In this document: in pieces, positions 1 to 9,129 of the stretch
Numbering within the stretch: the stretch's first letter is position 1
Layout of the letters: every line of letters starts with the position of its first letter
DNA from: an uncultured Fibrobacterota bacterium
GTDB taxonomy: Bacteria > Fibrobacterota > Chitinivibrionia > Chitinivibrionales > FEN-1185
Assembly: GCA_963729895.1 (NCBI GenBank)
Contig: CAVSQB010000016.1
Location: 86,734-150,733 of the forward strand
Reading direction: 5' to 3'
DNA length: 64,000 bases
Translations under genes and position numbers: made by a program
Notes under the pieces: model-generated
Databases searched by the model: none
Seen by the model: only the letters and a program-made list of their open reading frames with translations
What the model was told of the DNA's origin: nothing

Positions 1-1
1 G

Positions 2-706
2 AAAGCCGGAAGACCCCTGGGACTCGTTAAGACCGAAATCCTTCAGAACGACCAGAGCCGCCTTCTGGTATCGGGCAAGAAGCGGTCGTTCTGGGCGGAC
101 CTGTACGCGTCGTTCAAGGCGGGCGGCCTCATCATGATTCCGCTGCTGTTCCTGCCGCTGTGGGTCCTCTACCTGACGTTCAGGAAAGGCTTCCAGCTTG
201 TGGCTCGGCGGCGGTCGTACCAGCGGTGCCACAAGGAGGCAATGACCTTAATTGACAAGGGAAACTATGACGCGGCGTTGGAATACGCGAAACGCAAGAA
301 GGGCGTGATGGCGCGCGTGCTGGAGATCTGCCTTGAGCGAAAGGAGCACGGCCGCCACGTAAGCGAGCGAGCGGTGCGGGAGCAGATCATGCAGGAAATA
401 CCCGTGCTGTCGCGCGGGATCAACACCATTGCGGTGATCGCCGGGGCGGCTCCGCTCATGGGGCTTTTGGGCACCATCAGCGGCATGATAACCCTGTTTG
501 CCGCGGTGACCCATTACGGGACCGGCGACCCGAAATTCCTTGCCGGCGGCATTTCCGAAGCCTTGATAACCGCCAAAACCGGGCTCGCGATAGCGATTCC
601 CGCCCTGTTTATCCACGACATTATCCGAAACGGAAAAGACCGGCTGCTCGCCGAAATAGAACAACTGTCCATTTCGGTGATGACCCACATCTGGCCGGAG
701 GAGTAA
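2..706 (+). CDS. MotA/TolQ/ExbB proton channel family protein (large TtpC/ExbB-like), 5' end truncated by the window edge
   Basis: Frame is open from base 2 through the listed ORF 134..706. Contains ExbB/TolQ TM motifs AAPLMGLLGTISGMI and LAGGISEALITAKTGLAIAIP. Confidence 0.9.
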   Translation, partial: KAGRPLGLVKTEILQNDQSRLLVSGKKRSFWADLYASFKAGGLIMIPLLFLPLWVLYLTFRKGFQLVARRRSYQRCHKEAMTLIDKGNYDAALEYAKRKKGVMARVLEICLERKEHGRHVSERAVREQIMQEIPVLSRGINTIAVIAGAAPLMGLLGTISGMITLFAAVTHYGTGDPKFLAGGISEALITAKTGLAIAIPALFIHDIIRNGKDRLLAEIEQLSISVMTHIWPEE

Positions 707-709
707 CGC

Positions 710-1744
710 GTGGCCGTGTGGGACGTCTTTTCCTCGCTGTTCACGGAGGGCGGATGGGTTCTCTATCCCATTTTTTTCATATCGGTATACGCCTGGTTTA
801 TCGCCTCGGGAAAGCTTTGGCTGTATCGCCGCGTTCGCAGGGCGCGGAAACAGTTTCTCGCACGTCTCGAAAACGGGGATTTCTCCGCACGCACCGGCTA
901 CCCGCTCTACGACGCCCTGCTCTCAAAACTCTCCGGGCACAACGACGCCCGGCGCCGGGAACGTTCGCTGGAGGAATTCGTTTCCGAACTCTCCCCGCGG
1001 CTTAATGCCGGTTTGTCTACGATGGCCGCATGCATCGTGGTCGCGCCGCTTCTGGGGCTCCTGGGGACCATCAGCGGCATGAACCAGATGTTCGCGATCA
1101 TCGGGGAGTTCGGGTTCGGCAGCCCCACCATCATGGCCAGCGGCATCAGCATGGCGCTCAAGGCCACGCTCACCGGACTGGCGGTGGCCGTGGTTGCGCT
1201 CTTCTTCCTCGATCAATTGACAAGCAGAAAAACGGCGCTCTTGGCAACCGTGGCGCACGATGCCAGGTTACTCGCTCACGAGGCCCGGTTGACAGCCGGG
1301 TCCGGCCAAACCATTCAGAGAAAGGGAGAATCCATGAACTCCGCGTACCACCTGATTCCCGAACACGAGGAAAAGCCCGACATCAATCTCGCCCCGTTTG
1401 TGGACACGATCATGATTCTGCTGATCTTTTTCGTGGTCACGGCAAACCTGTACGTCGAGACCGGCATCGACGTCACGAAACCCAGGGCCCAATCGGCCAC
1501 CCCGTCGAGCCAGAAAGCGATGCTGGTGGGAATTACGCGAGAGGGCACCTGCCACGTTTACGGGCGACAGGTATCTCTTGACAAACTAAAACTGCTCGTT
1601 GAGCAGGAATCGGCCAAGCAACCGGACCTTCCTGTCGTCATTATCGCCGACCGCGAGACGCAAACAGGCAAGACGGTCGAGGTGATGGACCAGTGCGCGC
1701 TCGGCGGCGCCCAGAAAATCTCGATTGCGGCGGGGAAGGATTAA
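710..1744 (+). CDS. ExbB-ExbD fusion protein
   Basis: N-half has the ExbB motifs APLLGLLGTISGM and ASGISMALKATLTGL. C-half has the ExbD signature INLAPFVDTIMILLIFFVVT and VVIIADRETQTGKTVEVMD. No stop between them. Confidence 0.88.
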   Translation: MAVWDVFSSLFTEGGWVLYPIFFISVYAWFIASGKLWLYRRVRRARKQFLARLENGDFSARTGYPLYDALLSKLSGHNDARRRERSLEEFVSELSPRLNAGLSTMAACIVVAPLLGLLGTISGMNQMFAIIGEFGFGSPTIMASGISMALKATLTGLAVAVVALFFLDQLTSRKTALLATVAHDARLLAHEARLTAGSGQTIQRKGESMNSAYHLIPEHEEKPDINLAPFVDTIMILLIFFVVTANLYVETGIDVTKPRAQSATPSSQKAMLVGITREGTCHVYGRQVSLDKLKLLVEQESAKQPDLPVVIIADRETQTGKTVEVMDQCALGGAQKISIAAGKD

Positions 1745-1759
1745 CAGGTTGCCAAGAAG

Positions 1760-2428
1760 GTGTCAACGGCAATGGGTGAAGGTTCTTTCCTTATGATAGC
1801 AAACGTTCCGGGCCCCGTTGTGCGCCTGTGCCTTGCGCTGGCCGCCAGCTTTCTCGTGTTCACGCTGGTTTCCTTCCTTCACGGATTTTTCGGCGACGCG
1901 TTGCAGAAAAAGCAGCCGGCGGTCCGCCCCCAGGTTGTGGCTGTTACCGTGCCCAAAAAACACGAAGAGGAACCCAAACCGTTGCAGCGCATCCGAATTG
2001 TCAAGGCGCCCAGCGGCAGATCGGGAAACACGGGCGGGGGCCAGTCCGGCATGCGGTTCGTGCCCGATCTCGGCGCGGAATCCGGTCCCGATAATGCAAA
2101 CGGGGTCGCGCTGGGATCGCAGGACCTCGGCGCGGAGGTGTTCGAAGAGGGGCAAACCGACGAAGCCGCGGTTCCGGTGTATACGCCCTCTGTTCCGTTT
2201 CCCGACCAGGCGAGGGAGATGAATATCGAGGGTACGGTGAAAGCGATCTTCGTGGTAAATTACCTTGGCAAAGTAACCTCCGTTGATGTGGTGAAAAGCC
2301 CGCACCAATTGTTCACTCGTGAGGTCAGAAGGGTGCTTTCGACGTGGCGCTTTAAGCCCGCTAAAAACAAGGGCGTTCCCGTAAATGTGCGGTTCAGCAA
2401 AGAAATAGAGTTTACGCTCGAACAATGA
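1760..2428 (+). CDS. tonB: Energy transducer TonB
   Basis: N-terminal TM anchor, low-complexity linker, and a TonB C-domain (FPDQAREMNIEGTV...WRFKPAKNKGVPV). Exact start uncertain. Confidence 0.88.
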   Translation: MSTAMGEGSFLMIANVPGPVVRLCLALAASFLVFTLVSFLHGFFGDALQKKQPAVRPQVVAVTVPKKHEEEPKPLQRIRIVKAPSGRSGNTGGGQSGMRFVPDLGAESGPDNANGVALGSQDLGAEVFEEGQTDEAAVPVYTPSVPFPDQAREMNIEGTVKAIFVVNYLGKVTSVDVVKSPHQLFTREVRRVLSTWRFKPAKNKGVPVNVRFSKEIEFTLEQ

Positions 2429-2449
2429 CTCCGCCGGGATGAGGTACAG

Positions 2450-3442
2450 GTGGAATTACGTATTCATCCGTCTTGTGTTGAACGGAAAATCCGGCAGTGC
2501 TCCCCGCCGGCAATTTTCCTCGCGCTTGCGCTTGTGTTGTCATTTGGAAAGACCGTATCCTGCTCCCTGCTCGATAATGCGAATGCGTTGTACGCGGCGG
2601 GTAAACTTTCCGATGCCATCCGGCTCTACAAGAAAGCGTCATTGTCGGGAGAGAATCCGGCCTTGTGCTCCTATAACGCCGCCAACGCATATTACCAGCT
2701 CGACAGCCTGCCGCGGGCCGTGGTTTACTATCGCGCCTGTATCAACGCGGCGCCCGGATTCTACAAAGCCTATGTTAATCTTGCGGTCGTGTATTTCACG
2801 CTCAACGATATGGGCAATTGCATTGCGACAATCCGCGAAGGACTCAGGCTCGAACCGAATCAACAAAAAGGGATGCTCCTGCTTGCCGCCGCGTACCGAC
2901 GGTGCGGAGCGATCGCCCAGAGTATCGCGACCTTCGAGGATCTGGCCCATGGCTTTCCCGACATGGAAGAACCCTACACTGCTTTAGGGGAGCAGTACCG
3001 TGATCTGGACGATCCGGTAATGGCCATACGCTGGTTCGAATCGTATCCCTCGGGCGGAAAGAACGGCGCCTACGTCGCGCTGGGCCTGGCCGACCTGTAC
3101 GAATCCACCGGAAACCTTGAGCGGGCGCTGTACTATCTCGACCGGTCCTACAATTTCGACAAATCGAAGAAGTGGACGTTGTATCGCATTGCCCTTATGC
3201 AACAAAAGATGGGCAACGAACTTGTGGCGCTGGAAACCGCCCGGACCGCTTTGGAGATGTTTCCCGATTTTCCCCAGCTCGCCATTCTTGCCGGAACAAT
3301 ATCCTTCTCGCGGGGCTACCTTGCCGAGGCCGAGAAGTATTTCGGCATGGCGGAAAAGATGGGAAGCCCGGACGCAATCGTGGGGCTTGCCAACGTGAAG
3401 AACAAGCGGAAGGCGCTTGAAGAGGTGGAGGCCGGTCGATAA
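2450..3442 (+). CDS. Tetratricopeptide repeat protein (TtpD-like, TonB-cluster associated)
   Basis: Hydrophobic N-terminal stretch followed by multiple TPR-like helices. Lies directly downstream of tonB. Confidence 0.8.
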   Translation: MELRIHPSCVERKIRQCSPPAIFLALALVLSFGKTVSCSLLDNANALYAAGKLSDAIRLYKKASLSGENPALCSYNAANAYYQLDSLPRAVVYYRACINAAPGFYKAYVNLAVVYFTLNDMGNCIATIREGLRLEPNQQKGMLLLAAAYRRCGAIAQSIATFEDLAHGFPDMEEPYTALGEQYRDLDDPVMAIRWFESYPSGGKNGAYVALGLADLYESTGNLERALYYLDRSYNFDKSKKWTLYRIALMQQKMGNELVALETARTALEMFPDFPQLAILAGTISFSRGYLAEAEKYFGMAEKMGSPDAIVGLANVKNKRKALEEVEAGR

Positions 3443-3473
3443 GAGGCGGGATTGTTTCAATTTGCAAAAGCAA

Positions 3474-3935
3474 CTAGAACAAGTCTTCTTTATTGAAATT
3501 CAGCCCACCATTAATTGTTTCGGCAAAGGATTTTACTTTTAGTTCAATTGCATCTCTCACAGCCCTTGTCTTTGCCATAATTTCTTCTTTTGAGCCGGTA
3601 AACCGGCCGGGGTCATCAAAAGGCCAGTGCAGCCTTACGGATACGCCCGGGAAAATCGGACAACGCTCGGCGGCTTCCCTGTCGCACACGGATATGACAT
3701 ACGAGAAAACCTGGTTTTGCCTGTAAAGATCGAATGCACTCTTGGTTTTGTTATTCGAAATATCGATACCCAGTTCCTGCATTGCCTCAACTACATTCCG
3801 ATTCAGCGCACCGGCTTCAAGTCCGGCGCTCGTTGCTTCAAATTTGTCAGGATAATACTTATTCAGGAACGCCTCCGCCATCTGGCTCCGGGCGGAATTG
3901 TGAACGCATAGAAACAGCACTCGAATTCTATCCAT
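3474..3935 (-). CDS. arsC: Arsenate reductase, thioredoxin-coupled / LMW-PTPase family
   Basis: P-loop [16 protein letters not shown], resolving Cys pair [10 protein letters not shown], and HWPFDDP motif. Confidence 0.9.
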   Translation of the reverse strand: MDRIRVLFLCVHNSARSQMAEAFLNKYYPDKFEATSAGLEAGALNRNVVEAMQELGIDISNNKTKSAFDLYRQNQVFSYVISVCDREAAERCPIFPGVSVRLHWPFDDPGRFTGSKEEIMAKTRAVRDAIELKVKSFAETINGGLNFNKEDLF

Positions 3936-4010
3936 GACACTTCCCTTTTATCCGGCGGAGAAATTGAATTTCTTGATTTTAAAATAGAGTGGCGCCATTA
4001 GAATACTGTT

Positions 4011-5837
4011 GAGCCTGTAGAAAAAGTCCCTTTCCCGCCACTTTTACCTGAAATTCCGGTCTTTTTTCCTTATATTATTTGTAAACTCAGCAGGAAGGAA
4101 GGCCGATGGCCCGCTACAAAGAGTATTCCTACGAACAAGGCAAGCTTATCCCCATCACGTTTCGCGAGCAGATCATTCCGGGCAGTTTCGAGTTCGCGTT
4201 GAGCGAGATCGTGGATAATGTGCTGGACCTTTCTGTTTTCGAGGGCCGGTTTACCAACGACGAGACCGGTGCGCCCGCGTACGACCCGCGCGTGATGCTG
4301 AAGATTGTTCTCTACGCGTATTCCCGGGGCATCATGCACAGCCGGGACATAGCGCGCTGCTGCGAGGAGAACGTGATGTTCATGGCACTCTCGGCCGATA
4401 CGAAGCCGCATTTTACGACGATTGCACATTTTATTTCGTCGATGCATGTGGAGATCACGCCGCTGTTCCGAGACATCCTGTTGTATTGCGCGGAGGAGGG
4501 ATTGATCAGCCGGCAAATGTTTGCGATCGATGGCTGCAAGATGTCTTCGAACTGCGCCAAGGAGTGGAGCGGCACACTCGAGGATTTCGAGAAGCGGAAG
4601 AAGAAGATAGAGTACCAGGTTCGTTTTCTTTTGCGCAAGCACCGCGAGTGCGATGAGCGTGAACTTGGCGAGGACATACGGAAGAAGGAACGGAAGGCGA
4701 TCAACCACCTTCGTTCGAAGGTGCGCAAGATCAACCGTTGGATGCGGAAAAACGAGGATAAGCGCGGGGCTAAGGGACAGGCGAAGAAGAGCAACATCAC
4801 GGACAACGAGAGCGCGAAGATGCCGAGCTCACACGGCGTGATCCAGGGCTACAACGGCGCCGCGGCGGTTGATGAAAAGCGCCAGGTGATCGTTCATGCC
4901 GAGGCATTCAGCGAGGGGACGGACAACGCGCTTTTGAAGCCGATGATCGACGGTGTGCGGGAGAACTTTGAGGCCATAGGCGAGCCCGACATTTTTACTC
5001 AGGCGAAAGTGACTGCGGACAGCGGTTTTCATAGCGAAGCGAACATGCAGATGCTTGCGGAAGAAGGAGTGGACGGGTACGTTGCGGACAATAAATTCCG
5101 CAAGCGCGACCCGCAGTTTGCGGATGCGGACCGGCACAAAAATCCGATTGACCGCAACAAGACGCCGGTACGGTCAAAGCACTACTTTACCCCAAGTGAT
5201 TTTATCCTGAATGAATCCGACGGCACGCTTACCTGCCCTGCAGGCAACAAGCTTTACGTGTTGAACAAGAACTATGTCGGGACGCGTGGCGAACACGGGA
5301 TCGCCTATGCCGGGAGAAAAGCCGACTGCCTTGCATGTGAAATTCGGAAGAAATGTTTGCGGCTTGACCATACGGAGCGCAGACAGGTGGTGAAGTTCGA
5401 TCAATCCGGCCCACGATCAACGGGGGCCTATACCAAACGGATGATCGAGAAATTCGACTCCGCCTTCGGCAGGTACATATACAGCAGGCGAATGGGCACG
5501 GTGGAACCGGTGTTCGCCAACATCTGCCGGACGCTCGGCCTCGATAGGATTACCGTGCGCACCAGGACAAAGGCCGATACGCAATGGAAGCTGTACTCGA
5601 TGGTGCACAACATTTTCAAGATTTACCGGTTCGGGCCTTCCTATGGGCATTAGCAAGAGCCCGGGGGCCGGCTTGTCCCTCACTATAGGGCGCACAAGGC
5701 CTCAGATTCACCTAAAAACGCCACTCGCCCCACAATTCTGAACCTGCATTCTTACCTTTCCGCACAAAGCGCGAATTGACTTGACAGAGAACAAGGGAAA
5801 TCCGATTTTATTGAAAACAGGGTTTTTCTACAGGCTC
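4011..5837 (+). mobile_element. Complete IS1182-family insertion sequence (1827 bp)
   Basis: Perfect 15-bp terminal inverted repeats GAGCCTGTAGAAAAA (4011-4025) and TTTTTCTACAGGCTC (5823-5837). GTT flanks both ends (4008-4010, 5838-5840). One transposase inside. Confidence 0.92.
4106..5653 (+). CDS. IS1182-family DDE transposase
   Basis: N-terminal GAPAYDPRVMLKIVLYAY, catalytic motifs AIDGCK, TADSGF and TVEPVFA, and a Cys-rich insertion (CPAG...CLAC...C). Confidence 0.95.
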   Translation: MARYKEYSYEQGKLIPITFREQIIPGSFEFALSEIVDNVLDLSVFEGRFTNDETGAPAYDPRVMLKIVLYAYSRGIMHSRDIARCCEENVMFMALSADTKPHFTTIAHFISSMHVEITPLFRDILLYCAEEGLISRQMFAIDGCKMSSNCAKEWSGTLEDFEKRKKKIEYQVRFLLRKHRECDERELGEDIRKKERKAINHLRSKVRKINRWMRKNEDKRGAKGQAKKSNITDNESAKMPSSHGVIQGYNGAAAVDEKRQVIVHAEAFSEGTDNALLKPMIDGVRENFEAIGEPDIFTQAKVTADSGFHSEANMQMLAEEGVDGYVADNKFRKRDPQFADADRHKNPIDRNKTPVRSKHYFTPSDFILNESDGTLTCPAGNKLYVLNKNYVGTRGEHGIAYAGRKADCLACEIRKKCLRLDHTERRQVVKFDQSGPRSTGAYTKRMIEKFDSAFGRYIYSRRMGTVEPVFANICRTLGLDRITVRTRTKADTQWKLYSMVHNIFKIYRFGPSYGH

Positions 5838-5926
5838 GTTAGTTCTTTGCAAGAATTTCGGACAAGATGTTAGACCGCTCATGATGCCGCGTCCGGTGCG
5901 CCGCCCGACCGGGCTCAAACAGCGTG

Positions 5927-6970
5927 TTATTTCACCGTCTCCACATCCAGAATCACAAACGTCCCCGGCTTCACCTGCGGCCTCGGCTTCTGATTGTCCG
6001 CCGTCGGCGCGGGAGCGGGCCCGAATTCGGCAGTGGGCAGGTACATATGGTGCGTCTTTTTGTCAAGCGCCATGGTCCTTGCACCCTTTTGCGTGGCAAC
6101 GGTTTCAAGGACTTTGAAAGAACCATCGGCCTGCTCCTGCACAACGGTGAGCGTTCCATCACCGCAGGAAGCGTAGGCGCGCTTGAGCGAAGGGTCCCAG
6201 GCGGCTGCATCAACGTGATCGCCGATGGGCAGGGAAGCAAGCACTTTCCCGGCCTTTGCGTCCGCAATAACCATCAGTTTGTTGCCGCACCCGATAAACA
6301 GCCTGTTCCCTGTAACGTCAAGCGCGAGCGCGCTGGGCCCTTCTCCGGGAGCAACCGCAAACTTTCTCGTCACTTTCATGGTTTTCGCGTCGATCACGTC
6401 CACCAGATTCTTGTCCTCGATATTGTCAAAGATGGATCCCTGCCCATCGGATGCCGGAAATTCCGGCTTGCCGTCGAGGGAAATCGTGGCGACCACTTTT
6501 TCGGATTTGGCGTCGATGACGGTTGCGTTTGACGTCTTCCCGTTGAACGTATAGACCGAATGGGAAAACGCGTCGTATAGAATCGCATCGGGATTGAGTC
6601 CGGTGACCGGGATTTTCCCGAGTACCTTGAGAGTTGACAAATCAAAGACGGTCACCGATGAATCCTTGCCGTTGCTCGCAAAGCCTTTGCCAACGTCGTG
6701 CGCCACTGCGATTCCGTGCACGCCTTTTGTGTCGGGAATTGTGCCTATTGTCTTCCCGGACTTCGCATCCACCACCTGGACCACGGTTCCATGGGAAACG
6801 AATAATCGACCAGTGGAATCGTCTGAAGTGATATAATCCCAGCCGCCGTCACCATCGACGTGAATCCTGGTGACAATCTTATAGCGGGAATCGGACGTCC
6901 GGGGCGCGTCTGCACAGGCGCCAACGAAGAAAACTGTCGAACAAGCAAGCATGATAAGCCACGTTTTCAT
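5927..6970 (-). CDS. YncE/YVTN-family beta-propeller exported protein
   Basis: Signal peptide, then GDGGWDY, GVHGIA, NPDAILYD and GARTMALD repeats typical of the family. Confidence 0.85.
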   Translation of the reverse strand: MKTWLIMLACSTVFFVGACADAPRTSDSRYKIVTRIHVDGDGGWDYITSDDSTGRLFVSHGTVVQVVDAKSGKTIGTIPDTKGVHGIAVAHDVGKGFASNGKDSSVTVFDLSTLKVLGKIPVTGLNPDAILYDAFSHSVYTFNGKTSNATVIDAKSEKVVATISLDGKPEFPASDGQGSIFDNIEDKNLVDVIDAKTMKVTRKFAVAPGEGPSALALDVTGNRLFIGCGNKLMVIADAKAGKVLASLPIGDHVDAAAWDPSLKRAYASCGDGTLTVVQEQADGSFKVLETVATQKGARTMALDKKTHHMYLPTAEFGPAPAPTADNQKPRPQVKPGTFVILDVETVK

Positions 6971-7341
6971 GATTTCCTTTCCGCAGGATTTCCTGCTCTG
7001 TCTGGTTGGTTCCGGGATTCAGTCCGCATGGAAAATACTTCCGTCACAGTATCTTGCACCACGACGGAGGAATCGCCCCATTCACCTGTGCGCAAATGCG
7101 CCTTTGAGGAGACTTGAAAGGACCGGGCCTACATCCTCGCGGTTGTCGGCAAACTCTTTCGATTCACGGAGGGAAGAATGTGACAAAGACGATTTTACAG
7201 CAAGCACCCGCTTCTTGTCAAGGCGGAAAATCAAAACGGCGACCGCTTTCTCCAACCAACCGCTATTTCTCCCGGCCCTTTTTCGGGGGAATTGACCCGC
7301 ACGATTCATCGTCAAAGCAGCTGCGGCCACCATTGCACCCC

Positions 7342-7701
7342 CTACATCTGAAACGCAAGTACGCCGCGCCTGCGATCAATCCTCGAACGTGCGTACTGCG
7401 GGTACATCACGAACAGGTGCCCGGGATTGTCCCCGCCTTCAACGGGGATGTCCGCCGACACGGATTGACTGTAACCTTCACTTTCGGCAATAAGGGAATA
7501 CACTGCCGGCGCAACGTTGATAAGCACGAAATTGCCGTGATCGTCGGAGTAGGTACATTGGCCGGTCTCGCGGATCCACACCCTGCTGTGCCTGATGGCA
7601 TTGCCGTCCATGTCGAGCACTTTGCCGCGCACATGCCCCAGGTTGGGGTCCATGCGCTGCCTTCTGGCGTTTTCGTCCGCTTCAAAAGTGAAACAAACCA
7701 T
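7342..7701 (-). CDS. Small carboxypeptidase-regulatory-like (beta-sandwich) domain protein
   Basis: Pattern GHVRGKVLD..G.AI...V.I...GQ.TYSDDHGNF....V.P..YSL.AE.EGY. ATG at 7701 is preceded by a GGAGG RBS. Confidence 0.7.
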   Translation of the reverse strand: MVCFTFEADENARRQRMDPNLGHVRGKVLDMDGNAIRHSRVWIRETGQCTYSDDHGNFVLINVAPAVYSLIAESEGYSQSVSADIPVEGGDNPGHLFVMYPQYARSRIDRRRGVLAFQM

Positions 7702-7889
7702 ACCATGTCCTCCTTTTCCTGGTTTTGTCGGTAATAAAATTACGCCGCACGGATTAGAAGTCACTGAGGGTATTGTTAGAAATTCGTTTTGAAAGGCGAT
7801 GAACCACTACGGGCAGGGGTCTCCGCGTAAATGCACTGGAATAACGCGCCTTGCCTGCGAACTGGCGGCGGTTTTCATTCCGCCCTTCA

Positions 7890-7972
7890 TTGGAGAACCT
7901 CGTCCCGCGGGACGAGAAATCTTCCATCCCTTTGGAAAAAAACATGTCTATAGTCGCTCGCTATGGGATTCA
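7890..7972 (+). repeat. Palindromic miniature element, copy 1 (internally deleted)
   Basis: Nearly identical to the reverse complement of 63045-63160, but lacks the 33 nt that carry the second hairpin. Confidence 0.85.
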
Positions 7973-8073
7973 TGCTCAGCGTCGCCATGGAAGGCGGGTG
8001 CTGTTTGTATTATTTTTGATGGAAGGAAGATGCTTCTGATGACGCACCTGGACAGTGTCACCCTGGGCCGAAC

Positions 8074-9093
8074 ATGAACTTCTTTTGCCGTCCCCCGCTT
8101 TTTTGTCTCTTCTTCTTTGTCATTCTGCCCTGTTCGGTCCCTGTGGCGGCCCAGGAACCGGGTCGGGCCCTGGAGCCGGTTCTTCTTGACGCCAAAAGCT
8201 ACGTCGAGATCTTCACGCTTACGGCCATGCACGACGATCACACCTTTGTCCAGGTCCAGATGACCTTTACAAACCTGGGGCTAAAGAACAGGAACGCCGC
8301 CTGCAAGGCGCTTGTGCTTAACCCAGCCAAGAATCCCTGGAAAGCGAACGAGAAATTTAACCGAAAGCAATGGAGTTACTCGGAAGCCAAAGTCCCCACG
8401 CTGCGGGTGGGAACCAACACCCTGGTGGCACTTAAAGACAAGACCTGCCTCTTTGCGAACCTTGGCACAAGCACGGTGAACATTTCCCTGCACGGAGTGC
8501 CTGCACCCATGGAAACGCCCAACATCGACTTCCCGAAAAACGCGTCCGGAAAATTCTATTCACACACAATCATCGTTCCCTGGTCCCGGGTTGAAACGAC
8601 GCTTGACGTACCCGGATTTCCCCGGGAAGAGCTGCATGGATTCGGCATGCTCGAACGGGCGCGATCCGTGGGGACGTCCAGGGACGTGTGCCGGGGATGG
8701 GTGACGTTCAGGGGATTTGATGGAGACAATTATTTTCTGGCCGACTTCCGGCTTCCGCCGAAGGAAAATTCCCCCGCCACCGGCTGGATCTGGAAAGACG
8801 GGCAGCAAGAGCCCCGCGCCATGACCGGCCTGCGAATCGGGAGCGAATTCTCCCTAGTTGACGGGAAGAAAATAGAGGCCCCCGTCGTTTCTGCGCTCGA
8901 TGCTTCCTTCAGGATTTCCGGCCGGGGCCTGCTGCGCGAGTATTCGTTTGTTGACGAACTCGGCGCCTTTACGGGAACACTGGTGAAGCTGGTGATTGGA
9001 AAACCCCTCGTCAGATATTACGACGCGAATGTCGAACTCTCCGGCGGAAAACAGGCGCTGCACGGCGTTTTGGAGCTGACGACGATCGAGTAA
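8074..9093 (+). CDS. Exported hypothetical protein, beta-rich (possibly lipocalin/hydratase-like fold)
   Basis: 339-aa ORF with a signal peptide (..VPVAA|QE). The fold assignment is only a guess. Confidence 0.65.
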   Translation: MNFFCRPPLFCLFFFVILPCSVPVAAQEPGRALEPVLLDAKSYVEIFTLTAMHDDHTFVQVQMTFTNLGLKNRNAACKALVLNPAKNPWKANEKFNRKQWSYSEAKVPTLRVGTNTLVALKDKTCLFANLGTSTVNISLHGVPAPMETPNIDFPKNASGKFYSHTIIVPWSRVETTLDVPGFPREELHGFGMLERARSVGTSRDVCRGWVTFRGFDGDNYFLADFRLPPKENSPATGWIWKDGQQEPRAMTGLRIGSEFSLVDGKKIEAPVVSALDASFRISGRGLLREYSFVDELGAFTGTLVKLVIGKPLVRYYDANVELSGGKQALHGVLELTTIE

Positions 9094-9129
9094 CGATGGA
9101 CACGATTCTTTCGAAAAAGTTGTTCTAAA

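Noticed and set aside
4070..4708. 212-aa ORF antisense to the IS1182 transposase
   Set aside because: It shadows the transposase codons and has no recognisable motifs.
7000..7340. GGCAAAC motif suggesting a c-di-GMP-I riboswitch
   Set aside because: The rest of the consensus is absent, and it lies opposite to the orientation of the flanking genes.
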